From sequence record MZ444140.1: 64,000 nucleotides of DNA. One strand, 5' to 3'. Numbering within the stretch: position 1 is the first letter of the stretch; each line of letters begins with the position of its first letter. Both the position numbers and the translations under genes were made by a program. This document shows, piece by piece, positions 31,233-41,958 of the stretch. The notes under the pieces are model-generated. The model was given only the letters and a program-made list of their open reading frames with translations, was not told the DNA's origin and did not search any database.

Positions 31233-31764
31233 CTTCTTTACCCATAACTTGTTCAATCTGTTGTTTAGTCAGAGTAGTGATGATATTAAAACGAGCTTCT
31301 TCTTTATTTTCCATTAGTTGAGGATTACTATTTAGGTAATCAATCAACGCATCGCAGTTTTCAGTAGTGAACTTATTAGGCGTTCCAACAGTAGCAAACA
31401 TATAACCTTTATCACCGCCCTTACGAACAATGACTGATTCCATATGTTCTTTCTGATTAACCCCATCTACTTCAGCTAGTGAGAATACTGGTTTAGTATC
31501 ACCATGGATAGCTCGCAATGCGTCATCAACTTCATGCCGAATACTTTCACCCATATTGCAAAGAATATCTGCAAGAACTCGACTAACGCGAATATTAAAT
31601 GTTGCAGTTTCTTCAGCTTTAGCTTTTACCAATTGTTGGAAAGCCTCATCTACAACATTAGCATGTTTTGTTAGATTCCTAACTGTTACTTCTAGCATAT
31701 GAATTCGTTTTAATAGCATGGAGTTCATAGCTTCGCTTTCATTTTTCTCAACTTCACTAGTCAT
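31207..31764 (-). CDS. Hypothetical protein with N-terminal coiled coil
   Basis: 185 aa, coupled to neighbouring genes. Confidence 0.7.
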   Translation of the reverse strand: MTSEVEKNESEAMNSMLLKRIHMLEVTVRNLTKHANVVDEAFQQLVKAKAEETATFNIRVSRVLADILCNMGESIRHEVDDALRAIHGDTKPVFSLAEVDGVNQKEHMESVIVRKGGDKGYMFATVGTPNKFTTENCDALIDYLNSNPQLMENKEEARFNIITTLTKQQIEQVMGKEDGNSGTEH

Positions 31765-32202
<438 letters not shown>

Positions 32203-32268
32203 TTAAGTTAAGATGGGAGCCAAATGGCTCCCTTTATATTGCTTGATACATACAGTTAAATACTTACA

Positions 32269-32733
32269 TTAACTAGCATATAAATATTTACTTGCAATTA
32301 ATTCAATGTGATATACGATAACAGCACCTTCTTTTTTCTTGAGTGTGCTTGTTAAAACGATATCGTGTTCAGTAACACATGCATGTACACTAATGGGTTT
32401 GGTAGTAATTTCACTACTTGTCCCTGAAAAATGAGTTGTAGCTACATATAACTGGGTATCATCAACTAACCCATTTGGATCCCTACCAACATGTACAAAT
32501 GGTGGCCTGCTAGAAACATTAGGATGGTCGTCTTTAATAACAAGATGACCATCTTCAGATGGGTAAGCATAGTCATATCCAGTTACATAGATACGTAGAG
32601 CGCCATTCTTAAATGCTTCTTTAATATAAGAATATTCTTCAAAATTAAAACGAATTGAATCAACCACAGCAGTAGTTAATTTAAGAATAGGGTGTAGTGG
32701 CCTTGATGAGTTATTATTCTTAATTAATAGCAT
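32269..32733 (-). CDS. Hypothetical protein
   Basis: About 154 aa, start MLLIKN overlapping the upstream gene. Confidence 0.6.
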   Translation of the reverse strand: MLLIKNNNSSRPLHPILKLTTAVVDSIRFNFEEYSYIKEAFKNGALRIYVTGYDYAYPSEDGHLVIKDDHPNVSSRPPFVHVGRDPNGLVDDTQLYVATTHFSGTSSEITTKPISVHACVTEHDIVLTSTLKKKEGAVIVYHIELIASKYLYAS

Positions 32734-33055
32734 CGGTATTTTCCTTAACGTAAAAAGCAATATGTGGATGGTTCCACAATGGACTCTCATCACAAAAACT
32801 ATAACTATGTATTTCCTCGCCAGTATCTAATTTAATAGAGACCACTTCACCTTCAATGACTGTGAAAATAAATTTAGTATCAGGTGAAACATAATCACCA
32901 GTTACATAGTCATTATCGGGAAGATACAATAGTCGTGTTTGATTATCGTATTTAAGTTCTATTCCATCTGTACTATTAAAGTACATATATCCCGTACCAT
33001 CTGGACTTTTTTGAAACATCTTTAGTTTATTTGGTACGAGTAGATCAATTGACAT
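32720..33055 (-). CDS. Hypothetical protein
   Basis: 111 aa, AGGAG SD. Confidence 0.7.
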   Translation of the reverse strand: MSIDLLVPNKLKMFQKSPDGTGYMYFNSTDGIELKYDNQTRLLYLPDNDYVTGDYVSPDTKFIFTVIEGEVVSIKLDTGEEIHSYSFCDESPLWNHPHIAFYVKENTDAIN

Positions 33056-33106
33056 AGATCTCTCCTAAACGATAGAAGAGAGCCCCATGTAGGGACTCTC
33101 ATTTAT

Positions 33107-33718
33107 TTAACCTAGAAGATTACCTACGACTGAAGTTGGATCTTCTTCACCTGCGTCCAGATGTTCATCAATAGCATTCCACATACGGATGATGTCAACT
33201 TTCTCGTGCAGACTAAGTTTACGATCGCTCTTGATATCTTCGTGATAGTTTTTATAACCGAATTCTTTCTTATCGGTATACATAACTCCATCCATCACGC
33301 GGCGATAATCAAACTGTCGTTCACCTACAGCATCACCTTGGATGTTATTATAAGAACCACCATATCCATCAACTTCATTATTAAGATACATAGTTCTTAG
33401 ACGCTCATGCGCCATAACCCAACGTTGCATAATTGGACCAGCTGTTTGTAGTTCAGCTAATGTCTCAAGATACACAATGTTGTTCGACTGCCATAAGTTA
33501 TCTTTCTTTGTGGTCAGATTCCGCAGTGCTTGAACAGCAGCTGATTCACTAATCATACTGTACATATTTTGAGCAGTATTAAAAAAGCTAGCAGCAGCAG
33601 TTGACATAGTTGAACGAAGTGCCTGACTACGCTCACCCAACCATTGAGTTGTTTGCTGTGTAAGATGGCCACCTGCACAGATGTCCAAGAGGTCTACACC
33701 ATGTGCATCTACAATCAT
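33107..33718 (-). CDS. Core protein, probable nuclear import cofactor Imp3 (gp59-like)
   Basis: 203 aa, GAGGTG SD; identity is from recalled synteny only. Confidence 0.55.
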   Translation of the reverse strand: MIVDAHGVDLLDICAGGHLTQQTTQWLGERSQALRSTMSTAAASFFNTAQNMYSMISESAAVQALRNLTTKKDNLWQSNNIVYLETLAELQTAGPIMQRWVMAHERLRTMYLNNEVDGYGGSYNNIQGDAVGERQFDYRRVMDGVMYTDKKEFGYKNYHEDIKSDRKLSLHEKVDIIRMWNAIDEHLDAGEEDPTSVVGNLLG

Positions 33719-33726
33719 TATACACC

Positions 33727-34152
33727 TCAGTTATTGGCCGTATATGACCAGCATAGATTAAACGGATGTTGCATAGGTAAGTTAAATGTATCTAGTTCCT
33801 GACCGATCCAATTGACAGCTTTTGTAACACCTTCAACAGTTACAGTTAATTCAACATGGATATCATGTTCAGGTGCAGTCACCACAATAGTGATTGGATC
33901 ATCATGTTTAATACGGAATCCAAACTTAGGATGATGGAATCCAGTATATTCACCTTTAGTATTTTCTAGAATACATTCAAATAGATTAGTTTCTTTATTA
34001 AGTTTAAATGTAACTAGTTTATCTGAATCTTTAAGTAAACCATTATCCCCAAATACATTGAATCGATAATGCTTATGGCAGATACCAAGTGTTTTTGGTA
34101 CATCATGGGAATTATCGATTTGCTTAGTACATTCGTTGCATTTACTATTCAT
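33727..34152 (-). CDS. Hypothetical protein with N-terminal CxxC...CxxH motif
   Basis: CNECTKQ...GICHKH. Confidence 0.65.
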   Translation of the reverse strand: MNSKCNECTKQIDNSHDVPKTLGICHKHYRFNVFGDNGLLKDSDKLVTFKLNKETNLFECILENTKGEYTGFHHPKFGFRIKHDDPITIVVTAPEHDIHVELTVTVEGVTKAVNWIGQELDTFNLPMQHPFNLCWSYTANN

Positions 34153-34164
34153 CTTTATTTACCT

Positions 34165-34548
34165 TTAATAGATTTGTTTATCAAAAGAACAATTGATTGG
34201 AATAGTGATAACTTCATTAGTAATTACATGTTTACCTGTCTTTTTAAAGAATTGTGCAAATTTTGAAGTAGCTGGAATTACAAGGGTATCATCCCGATCA
34301 TTATTTGACATATTGTAAAAAGTAAACTTACCGTCTAGGTTAAACCTAATGCACCACTTAATATTTCGTATTTTGAAATCTATACCAAATCTTAAATGAC
34401 CATCAATCAATTCAGAACCACCGTATTCATAAGCTCCGGTGAAATTCCAATTAATTTCTGATAATTGGAAAGTTACAGGATGTTCGCCATATTCATCTTG
34501 TATGTAGTAACCATCATGAGCTTTCCAATAGATAACTAAATCATGCAT
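34165..34548 (-). CDS. Hypothetical protein
   Basis: 127 aa, GAGG SD. Confidence 0.7.
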   Translation of the reverse strand: MHDLVIYWKAHDGYYIQDEYGEHPVTFQLSEINWNFTGAYEYGGSELIDGHLRFGIDFKIRNIKWCIRFNLDGKFTFYNMSNNDRDDTLVIPATSKFAQFFKKTGKHVITNEVITIPINCSFDKQIY

Positions 34549-34566
34549 ACTACTAGCCTCAAAGAA

Positions 34567-34595
34567 TTAATAGGGGATTCAAACTCCCCTATTAA
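34567..34595. terminator. Hairpin terminator
   Basis: ttaatagggga-ttcaaac-tcccctattaa. Confidence 0.65.
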
Positions 34596-34607
34596 TTTAT
34601 TTTGCTT

Positions 34608-34796
34608 TTAATCATTAAGCTTAGAGATCATTTCGACATATGCATCGACAAACCTTCTGTTTACCACTACATCACCATTCCCGCAAGTAATATATCTCTT
34701 AGTGAATACGGCTACCGATCTGGCTTCACGTTCATCTCATTCGACTTGTGATAAACATTCCGGGTTACGTCGAATAATTTCACGAATATTAGACAT
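34608..34796 (-). pseudogene. 62-codon early gene interrupted by an in-frame TGA at codon 20
   Basis: MSNIREIIRRNPECLSQVE*DEREARSVAVFTKRYITCGNGDVVVNRRFVDAYVEMISKLND; AAGGGG SD, own promoter-like motif and terminator. Confidence 0.55.
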
Positions 34797-34827
34797 TGGG
34801 TATTCCCCTTATCACTATTGCATCTTA

Positions 34828-34850
34828 GTGATATAAATCTGAAATTAAAT
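34828..34850 (-). promoter_or_regulatory. Early promoter-like motif
   Basis: ATTTAATTTCAGATTTATATCAC. Confidence 0.55.
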
Positions 34851-34937
34851 CCAGTGGAACTTTACATCCATGGTTAGTCGCCGCCATAACAGGAAATAAA
34901 GCCCCCTACTACATAAATAGTAGGGGTAAGTTTATTA

Positions 34938-35156
34938 TTACGACTTCAACCATTCTTCTAATGGCGGTAAATACTTCTCATGCGCCCAGTTAATAATTGT
35001 TTCTACAACAGGACCCTGTAATTCAAGGTTACCTGAGATTTCATGTGGTTCATCAATAGATAGAACCCATGTATGTGGAGCAATGCGTTCAGTTGCTTTG
35101 GTTAAATACACATCAGGCATTAACGTTAAATTCAATTGATCGCCGTCAAAATCCGC
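34938..35156 (-). CDS. rpoC: nvRNAP beta-prime N-terminal subunit, exon 2 (gp56.1-like)
   Basis: Starts ADFDGDQLNLTLMP; with exon 1 it gives the catalytic NADFDGD. Confidence 0.92.
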   Translation of the reverse strand, partial: ADFDGDQLNLTLMPDVYLTKATERIAPHTWVLSIDEPHEISGNLELQGPVVETIINWAHEKYLPPLEEWLKS

Positions 35157-36545
35157 CGTTATGTTCAGTATGGGTCGTTAATCCATACCCGGTAGTATAA
35201 TTACCACATGATAATTACCACCTGCTGCATGTCGCCATGCAGACCAGACTATATCTTCACCCTTCCTTTCGGAGTAGGGTGTCTCCCATTTCGAGTCACT
35301 TGACTCTACATCCTATTTCTAGGACCGGCGCACCTGATACCGTAATAGTCGTTGAACCTTCTCCTATTCCTAAATGGAATGTTACGGAGCTTGGCTGCTG
35401 ATTGTCCCTACCTAATCTTTTTCAAACCTTGGCTTTGTCTTTCGACTCGCAGTGGTAGATTAGTTTAACAGGATATCCCAGCAATTAGAGAGAACTCATC
35501 CCAATGATTACTCATTGGGGGAACTAGACTTGATTAACTTAATAAGGTATTTATCAAGCACCCCATTCTTTTCAAAGATTGCTCTTCGAATAGTATTCGG
35601 ATGCTTAATACCGACATCTCTTGCAAAGTGTGGAATACTTGGATACACTTTGGTAGTGTTCAAGATGGTGTCAGTTACTTCAATTGGAGTGCCTTTTCCA
35701 TTACTAGGTTTTCCAAATGAGGCTTCAATTTCTTTCTGAGTATATTTAGGGAAATCTTCAGGATTAGCAGTATATGAGAATACCAGACCATCCATGATTT
35801 CCTTACTACCTCTAACTAGATGGTAATAGGCTTTATTACGTTTAGTACCTAGTGCAAGTTCCATTTCTGCTAAGTTATGAAACACATGTAATGTCTTAGT
35901 CTTATAGTCTAAAACATAAACTGTCTTGGTACTTTCACGATCAGCAATCTTAGTCTCACCGGTAATAAATTCAAATGTGAATCTATTTCTATACGGCTTA
36001 GTCTTATGGTCACGTATAATAACCCAAACCGTATTTTTATTAACTCCTAATACCCGAGCAAGTTCATTCATCGAGTAATAAGTAGTCTTTTCACCAGTGG
36101 TAACATCAGTTGCAATTACCCGTCTATTTTCTTTTCTTAATCCATTTTTGTAAGCATGCTCAATGTTTTCACCACGAGTCATCCATTCCAAATTGGATGG
36201 TAAGTTATTATGTTTGTTGCCGTCTTTATGATTGACTTCATATGTTGGTCCAGGAGATGGACCATGGAATGCAGTACAAACTAGAATATGCGCTCCCTTA
36301 CTTTTTGATGTCTTTTCATCATTTTTTGCACCTATATTGAGATATGTCCCAATTGATGTTTTAGTAAGGAAGAAATTACATATTCTATTTAACCGCTTAT
36401 GACGAATCGTTCCTAAGTTACTAGCCTCATAAGCTGAGTATCCAGGAATATCTCGCCATTCAATTTTAAATGAAGCCGGATCAAAGACGGACACTACTCC
36501 GTTTTGTTCCATTGTCTTTTACCTTATTTGGTTATTCAATTGTCC
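35157..36545 (-). mobile_element. Group I intron (1389 nt) inserted within the NADFDGD motif, carrying a homing endonuclease
   Basis: Exon 1 ends CCT AAT (U), intron ends ...CATAACG; P (35476-86), Q (35395-403), R (35346-57) and S (35246-57) elements present. Confidence 0.92.
35508..36512 (-). CDS. Intron-encoded NUMOD4-HNH homing endonuclease with NUMOD1-like HTH repeats (gp56-like)
   Basis: WRDIPGYSAYEASNLG (NUMOD4); VNHKDGNKHNNLPSNLEW...ENIEH (HNH); YSMNELARVLGV and YPSIPHFARDVGI. Confidence 0.92.
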   Translation of the reverse strand: MEQNGVVSVFDPASFKIEWRDIPGYSAYEASNLGTIRHKRLNRICNFFLTKTSIGTYLNIGAKNDEKTSKSKGAHILVCTAFHGPSPGPTYEVNHKDGNKHNNLPSNLEWMTRGENIEHAYKNGLRKENRRVIATDVTTGEKTTYYSMNELARVLGVNKNTVWVIIRDHKTKPYRNRFTFEFITGETKIADRESTKTVYVLDYKTKTLHVFHNLAEMELALGTKRNKAYYHLVRGSKEIMDGLVFSYTANPEDFPKYTQKEIEASFGKPSNGKGTPIEVTDTILNTTKVYPSIPHFARDVGIKHPNTIRRAIFEKNGVLDKYLIKLIKSSSPNE

Positions 36546-37790
36546 ATTAGGCGCTTTAAGGCATAAAACTGACATGCTGATAGAATTATCATTAATGTCA
36601 TCTTTTACTTTAGTAATAAAGAACTGCTGCGTAGATCCACGTTGAAGCGTTGGATTTCGGTGAAAAGTACAACCCATCCCTTTATAAGGGGCTGCTTCTG
36701 CAATTAGCTCTTTAAATAGATCTGCAATGATTTGGTTATATTGAAGTACATTCTCATATACAAATGAGAATGCTTCACGAGTTGTCATGTTAAACTTTGC
36801 TTTTAGTTTATTGGTTAGATGATACTTTAATAATTGACAACCTACCCCCCAAGGGATATGTAGTTCATCATAATCATGCGGGTCACTAATAGAAGTGATT
36901 ACTGCACGTGCCGTAGCGTTGAGACGAGCACCAAACATGTGACGCCGAGCAAGACCAGGCTTTTGAGCAATTCGTGATTTTGCGTAGATCTCGTAGAACT
37001 GGCCATATAGTCTTAGTCCTCGCATAGTCCTATTCTGAGCTTTAATTGGACTAAGTGGTACAGATGATGCATCAATACTAGCGAAGGTTAAGGTAGCATC
37101 AATTGCTGCTTCAATTGGTTTATCTAAGTAAGTACCAGATGTGGTTGATTCTGCTACGAAACAGAGTTTAGAAGGAACTGGTAAATATTTAGGGAATAAC
37201 TTATCTTTATTCTGAGCAACGAATTGAGCGAATTCGGATTTATTATTAGAGATAATATTTGCATCTAGTAGGAATTGGAAGATCTCATTGAAATTATCAA
37301 TGAAGTGATTTAATCCTCTTTCAAATCCTCGATGCAGTAGCCTATCTACTTTCCTGCGTGTTTCCTTAGAACCAATAGATTCTACATCGTATCGATAAGA
37401 AGTATCAGTTAGATATGCTAAGAAATCGAATTCTTTAGTTACTAGATATCCGGTTAGCATAATGATTAAACGTGGGTTAATTAGGCTACGTACATGTTTT
37501 GGTGTACGAACCCACATTGATGGTTCGATAGGGCGGCTAGAAGTATTGACAACTGGAGTATTACAAATATCACAGATTACTCCGAGTTTATGTGCGTCTT
37601 CGATTGCTCGACAATCACAGCTTACACTACTTTCAATTGCTTCTGAATCTTGGAAATGAGAATAGAAATGTCTATCAAATTCTTCTTTCTCATCTGAGTT
37701 ACTCGTATTGTAATCATTGGCATAAATTCGTTTACCCGTAAATTGATCATGTACTTCATCATGATCAACAACTTTGGCATAAAGACCCAT
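36546..37790 (-). CDS. rpoC: nvRNAP beta-prime N-terminal subunit, exon 1 (gp55-like)
   Basis: Zn finger CDC...CDIC, GARLNATARAVI, FHRNPTLQR, LKAPN; spliced product 487 aa. Confidence 0.92.
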
Positions 37791-37815
37791 ACCAAACTCC
37801 TATTTATCGATTAAC

Positions 37816-37857
37816 AAAAAAAGGAGATATAAGCGGCCCCCGAAGGAGCCGCTATAT
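37816..37857 (-). terminator. Intrinsic terminator ending the chimallin transcript
   Basis: GCGGCTCC-UUCG-GGGGCCGC with an extended stem and a U7 tract. Confidence 0.85.
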
Positions 37858-37861
37858 CAGT

Positions 37862-38184
37862 TTTTACAATGGACCACCAACGGAGCCTGGCCCGATCCTA
37901 GCGTCGTCTACAAAGCTTAACCTCCGCTCTTCTCTGTAGCGCTCTGACACTAGAACCTTTTACCATCCATTGTAGTTTTTTGATCACACGTCACCTTTTG
38001 AGTAACTCCTTTCGGTTAAGTGATCTATCATCCTCGTGTAGTGATAGGTCGACCTAGACTAAGTCCACTAGTCGATTACTTCACGGAACCTACTCCTAAC
38101 CGTTATCACTGAAGTGAACCGGGTCGCAGTATTAGAATCGGGATGTTACTTATTTAACATCCCTATCTACCGAGGTATTTCCTA
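37862..38184 (-). ncRNA. Candidate structured RNA (chimallin 3' UTR or processed ncRNA)
   Basis: No ORF; multiple stems whose non-Watson-Crick positions are G-U only on the minus strand; possible pseudoknot. Confidence 0.55.
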
Positions 38185-40065
38185 TTAGTACCAGGTACCC
38201 GGTGCGTTATAGGAAGGAGCGCCGTAAGTTTGACCCATGCTGCCAGCCATACCAACTTGTGCACTACCAGAAACAGCCATGTTACCCATACCGGTGTAAC
38301 CAGCGAAGCGCTGTTGACCGAAGTTGGTAATTAGGTTTTCCATGGTTACAGTTACACCAGCTGCTGCTGCTGCGGCATCCATTGCGGTGATGAATTTCGG
38401 GTTAAAGGTTAGACGACGAGCACGACCAGTATAGGTAACGTTACCTAGGTACATCTTGTCGAAGCCTTTACTGTTATTCATACGACGCACAATGTGGTCA
38501 TTACCTACCTGAGTAGCATACCAGGTCTTCCACTCTTGGTCATTACCTTCAGACATGTTCATGGCACCTAGAACGTCGAGATCACGACGGTCGCTTAGTT
38601 CACCATGCTCATCAGTGTAGTGACCGAGGTCTACTTCATGATGGTTGTCAAAGATAATCGGACCAGCTTCAGCTAGATTATAGAACTGACGGAAATCAGT
38701 GCCGTATAGGTTAGTTAGAGCTTGGAAGATCAGACTAACTGCACGAGCTTGGTTTACGCCACCAGCTGCATCTAGGACGACTTGCTCAATAGCTGAGTTG
38801 TCGCCCATTGGATCGATATCGATCTGGAATGCAGGGTTCTGGTTAACCATCTTGTTCATTAGCATTACGAAGTTGCTGTCGTCTGCCATGAATGCTTCGG
38901 TGCGAGTTTCAATCGCTTTACCTAGCTCTGAGTAATAACCAAGTGCACCAATATCACGCATCTTGCTAGTAGCGATCTTCGGCATTAGGGTACGAGCCCA
39001 TGCCTGGGATGCAGTTGCACGATACGCATTACCGAGTGCGAACAGCCACATTTCTAGAGTCCATGCTTGGATCCAGGACGCCTTACGAACGTCAGTAATA
39101 ACGATGTAAGGAGTGAACTGCGGAGGTAGAACTGCACCAGGTAGAGTTACGCCAAACATGCCTTGTTGCTGGCCAGTGGTCGGAGTCCAATGTAGATCTA
39201 CGAATAGACTAACTTGGTTTAGCTGGCTATCGGTATCATAGAACTCGTTCTCAGGTACGTTGGTTTTCTTACCACGGCTAGTGGAGATGACCAGGTCAGA
39301 ACGGATCGGATTACCACAGCTATCTTTAACCGGAATACCATTGTAGTCTAGATTGCAGGTAAGCTGTTCGTTTTCTGCTTTGATGTGGGTCGCAATAGAG
39401 AACGGAGTCTCATTGTTACGACGCGCAATAGCATCTTCACAGATATTAACGGATTCAACTAGTAGGTTCTTAACAGCTAGTTCATCTTTGAAGTCGAAGT
39501 CAGCATACACTGCACGGGGACCGGCAGATAGTACTTCTAGACCAGGGATGTTGTAACGGTTCCGTAGGAACTCGCCGATCTTGCTCCAGTATTGAGCAGT
39601 GAATACATCACGCGGTAGTACCTTCTCTTCAATGATGTCATCAGTTAGACCATTGTTGATTTTGTGGGTACGGGGACGGATGCGAGTACCAGGTAGGTTA
39701 TCGAGTACTAGAGTACGAACGAATGCCTTCATGGAACCATTGATATCTTTAGCTAGTTTAACAATGAGTAGACCAGCCATACCCACTTGTTGTGCATCGC
39801 GATCGAAACGATGGATATCGAAGTCATCAGGTAGGTCCTGATGGCGGATTGCTTCTTCTTTTACTTTAGTGAATACTTGTAGGGCATCTGCTGAACGAGC
39901 ATCAGAGCCATCTAGCCGACCAGAGCGACGCATTAGATGGTTAATGCCAGTAGTGGACCCAGGTGCGCCAGCCGGACGTTGAGCTTGACGTTGTGCAGTG
40001 GGTTGCGGAGCCGGAGCGGTAGCTTGAGTTTGAACGGTGCCGATTTCGTTTTCGTTAACAGCCAT
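38185..40065 (-). CDS. chmA: Chimallin, major phage nuclear shell protein (gp54-like)
   Basis: 626 aa; flexible N-terminus and C-tail; immediately upstream of the nvRNAP beta-prime N gene; high-expression codon bias. Confidence 0.9.
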   Translation of the reverse strand: MAVNENEIGTVQTQATAPAPQPTAQRQAQRPAGAPGSTTGINHLMRRSGRLDGSDARSADALQVFTKVKEEAIRHQDLPDDFDIHRFDRDAQQVGMAGLLIVKLAKDINGSMKAFVRTLVLDNLPGTRIRPRTHKINNGLTDDIIEEKVLPRDVFTAQYWSKIGEFLRNRYNIPGLEVLSAGPRAVYADFDFKDELAVKNLLVESVNICEDAIARRNNETPFSIATHIKAENEQLTCNLDYNGIPVKDSCGNPIRSDLVISTSRGKKTNVPENEFYDTDSQLNQVSLFVDLHWTPTTGQQQGMFGVTLPGAVLPPQFTPYIVITDVRKASWIQAWTLEMWLFALGNAYRATASQAWARTLMPKIATSKMRDIGALGYYSELGKAIETRTEAFMADDSNFVMLMNKMVNQNPAFQIDIDPMGDNSAIEQVVLDAAGGVNQARAVSLIFQALTNLYGTDFRQFYNLAEAGPIIFDNHHEVDLGHYTDEHGELSDRRDLDVLGAMNMSEGNDQEWKTWYATQVGNDHIVRRMNNSKGFDKMYLGNVTYTGRARRLTFNPKFITAMDAAAAAAGVTVTMENLITNFGQQRFAGYTGMGNMAVSGSAQVGMAGSMGQTYGAPSYNAPGTWY

Positions 40066-40137
40066 TTTAAATACCTTTACGATTATGGTTTCTTGATCAA
40101 GAAGAACCTAAGTACTTAGTATACTAGATTCAATTTA

Positions 40138-40161
40138 GTAATATAAATCTCAAATTTTTTT
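40138..40161 (-). promoter_or_regulatory. Early (vRNAP) promoter of chimallin
   Basis: AAAAAAATTTGAGATTTATATTAC. Confidence 0.8.
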
Positions 40162-40376
40162 CATTACAACATAGACGCTATAATCTGCTATCAGCAGATC
40201 GTAACGAACACTATGTTCACTACATATTATTACAATCTGAGTATTATTTATTTTTCATCTTACAATTTCCATATCTTCTTTTTTGAGTTTATGGGTATAA
40301 AGTTTGAATCCAGAAACTAATTTACGTCAGTCCTGTATTAAATAATAACTATCAGTATTTTTATAAAATGCAGTTA

Positions 40377-40742
40377 TCATTTACTTCGCATATACTTACG
40401 AACTGTTCCAAAAAGAGAATGATACAGTTTGTATAGTTTACTAACTGGATCAACTTTATTATTATCAGTTGTATCAAATTTAGCAATAAATGGTGAATGT
40501 GCCGAAGCAGATGTTTCATTTACTTTAACTACACTACCAAATCGATATGCGACTAATACCTTTATTAATTCCTCATGGAGTTTAGTAGCAGTTGCTAATG
40601 GATTGGGATCATTAGGATCTATCTTAATCCTACGCTCGACATTGAAAAAGTTTACTACAATTTCTTTGCTAGTCATGTATACAGTAAGATCTTTGTTATT
40701 ACCTAAATATAGTGGCGGATCTTCAACATTATTTTTAGCCAT
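40377..40742 (-). CDS. Hypothetical early protein (gp53-like)
   Basis: 121 aa, AGGA SD. Confidence 0.7.
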   Translation of the reverse strand: MAKNNVEDPPLYLGNNKDLTVYMTSKEIVVNFFNVERRIKIDPNDPNPLATATKLHEELIKVLVAYRFGSVVKVNETSASAHSPFIAKFDTTDNNKVDPVSKLYKLYHSLFGTVRKYMRSK

Positions 40743-40783
40743 TGTATATTCCTATTTGTAATTACTACTGTTGTTACCAAACT

Positions 40784-40809
40784 ATGATATAGATCTCAAT
40801 TAATTTTTA
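40784..40809 (-). promoter_or_regulatory. Early promoter
   Basis: AAAAATTAATTGAGATCTATATCAT. Confidence 0.7.
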
Positions 40810-40823
40810 ATCGGATAATAACC

Positions 40824-41915
40824 ATGTATAATTTATTTAAGAATGCTCCGTCACGTAAATTGGGGCAGGTGGTTGATCCTAACATCCATTATATCCGACG
40901 AATCTACGCTGAGCAAATTAGGGACGTTAAAAGTTATTATAGACGGGCACCGAAGTATGTTGAATCTAAAAATATATTAGCACAAATGATTCGACATTTT
41001 AACGTAGAGTTACTAAGTGATGATGCTACTTTTATAAAGAACGTGGACGATCGTTCACGTGCTATTATTCGTTCATTTGGTATTACATCATCTTTAAATA
41101 AAGGTAAGGTTCATGTAGGTGGTGTTACACTTGGCCCTCAGACTGAAGAAGTTTTAGTATCCACATCAGAGAGCTTTGATCTAAAAGATCTAAATAAAAC
41201 ATGGTATAAACTTTCCCCTGTTACGTATCTGTATCATACACGTACTGATACTAATTTACCTATCATGAACAATACCACACAGGGTAGAGGCTATGGTGTA
41301 ACTCTAGTAAATATACCAATGCTTCTTGTGATGTACCGTTACTGGTATCGATGGCAAGTTGAGAAGAATCCTGATGAAGTAGAAGACACTTATAGGTTTA
41401 TAGGATCATTTGTATTGCCAAATATGGTTGACTCTTATTTAGATATTTCTTTCTTTAATAGGTTAGCAAGGAATGCTTTAGATATTAAAAATCCAACATT
41501 CCCTATACCGCATCCATTTTACATCACTGATATGAATCCACGTATTGATAAACTATGTACAACTATCAATAGAGAATCCATATTAAAAGGTGTAGACATG
41601 GAAGGTTTATCATGGATAACACCAGCTATCGTACAATCTAATTTGTTCGATATGATGCGGCTCCCACGAGAACCTATTAACAGGAATAATGAATGGGCTT
41701 ATGTATTGGCTCGCACACCCTTCATTAAGTATCTTGTAGGGCAGCTTTTAAAGAATACTGGTTATGATCAATCTTCTGTTAACACTGTATTAATTGATCT
41801 TATAGAAGCATCTAATGATCAAGCATTTAAGCAACAAGCAAATAGTGAGTTTGTAAAAGCTCAACAGGCACAAGTTGATTGGATGATAGATGCACTTAAA
41901 AGAAAAGAAATGTGA
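40824..41915 (+). CDS. Conserved virion protein (gp52-like)
   Basis: 363 aa, divergent from the chimallin unit; synteny. Confidence 0.7.
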   Translation: MYNLFKNAPSRKLGQVVDPNIHYIRRIYAEQIRDVKSYYRRAPKYVESKNILAQMIRHFNVELLSDDATFIKNVDDRSRAIIRSFGITSSLNKGKVHVGGVTLGPQTEEVLVSTSESFDLKDLNKTWYKLSPVTYLYHTRTDTNLPIMNNTTQGRGYGVTLVNIPMLLVMYRYWYRWQVEKNPDEVEDTYRFIGSFVLPNMVDSYLDISFFNRLARNALDIKNPTFPIPHPFYITDMNPRIDKLCTTINRESILKGVDMEGLSWITPAIVQSNLFDMMRLPREPINRNNEWAYVLARTPFIKYLVGQLLKNTGYDQSSVNTVLIDLIEASNDQAFKQQANSEFVKAQQAQVDWMIDALKRKEM

Positions 41916-41950
41916 CATAAACCCCCTCCTAAATTGGAGGGGGTTATATG
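41916..41950. terminator. Bidirectional palindrome, CATA/TATG family
   Basis: cataaaccccctcc-taaatt-ggagggggttatatg. Confidence 0.75.
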
Positions 41951-41958
41951 CCGTTTTA

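Noticed and set aside
34737-34739. TGA reassignment (alternative genetic code)
   Set aside because: It is a single case; other genes (e.g. 40824..41915) end normally at TGA, and long genes have no internal TGA.
36519-36545. C-terminal tail GQLNNQIR of the gp55-like ORF, and the separate 65-aa ORF at 34938..35135
   Set aside because: Artefacts of reading into and out of the intron; splicing restores NADFDGD.
37862-38184. tRNA, tmRNA, RNase P, group I/II intron or hammerhead identity for the post-chimallin RNA
   Set aside because: No T-loop/CCA end, no GAGGAAAGUCC, no P/Q/R/S or domain V motifs, and no CUGAnGA...GAAA core were found by eye; a covariance search is still needed.
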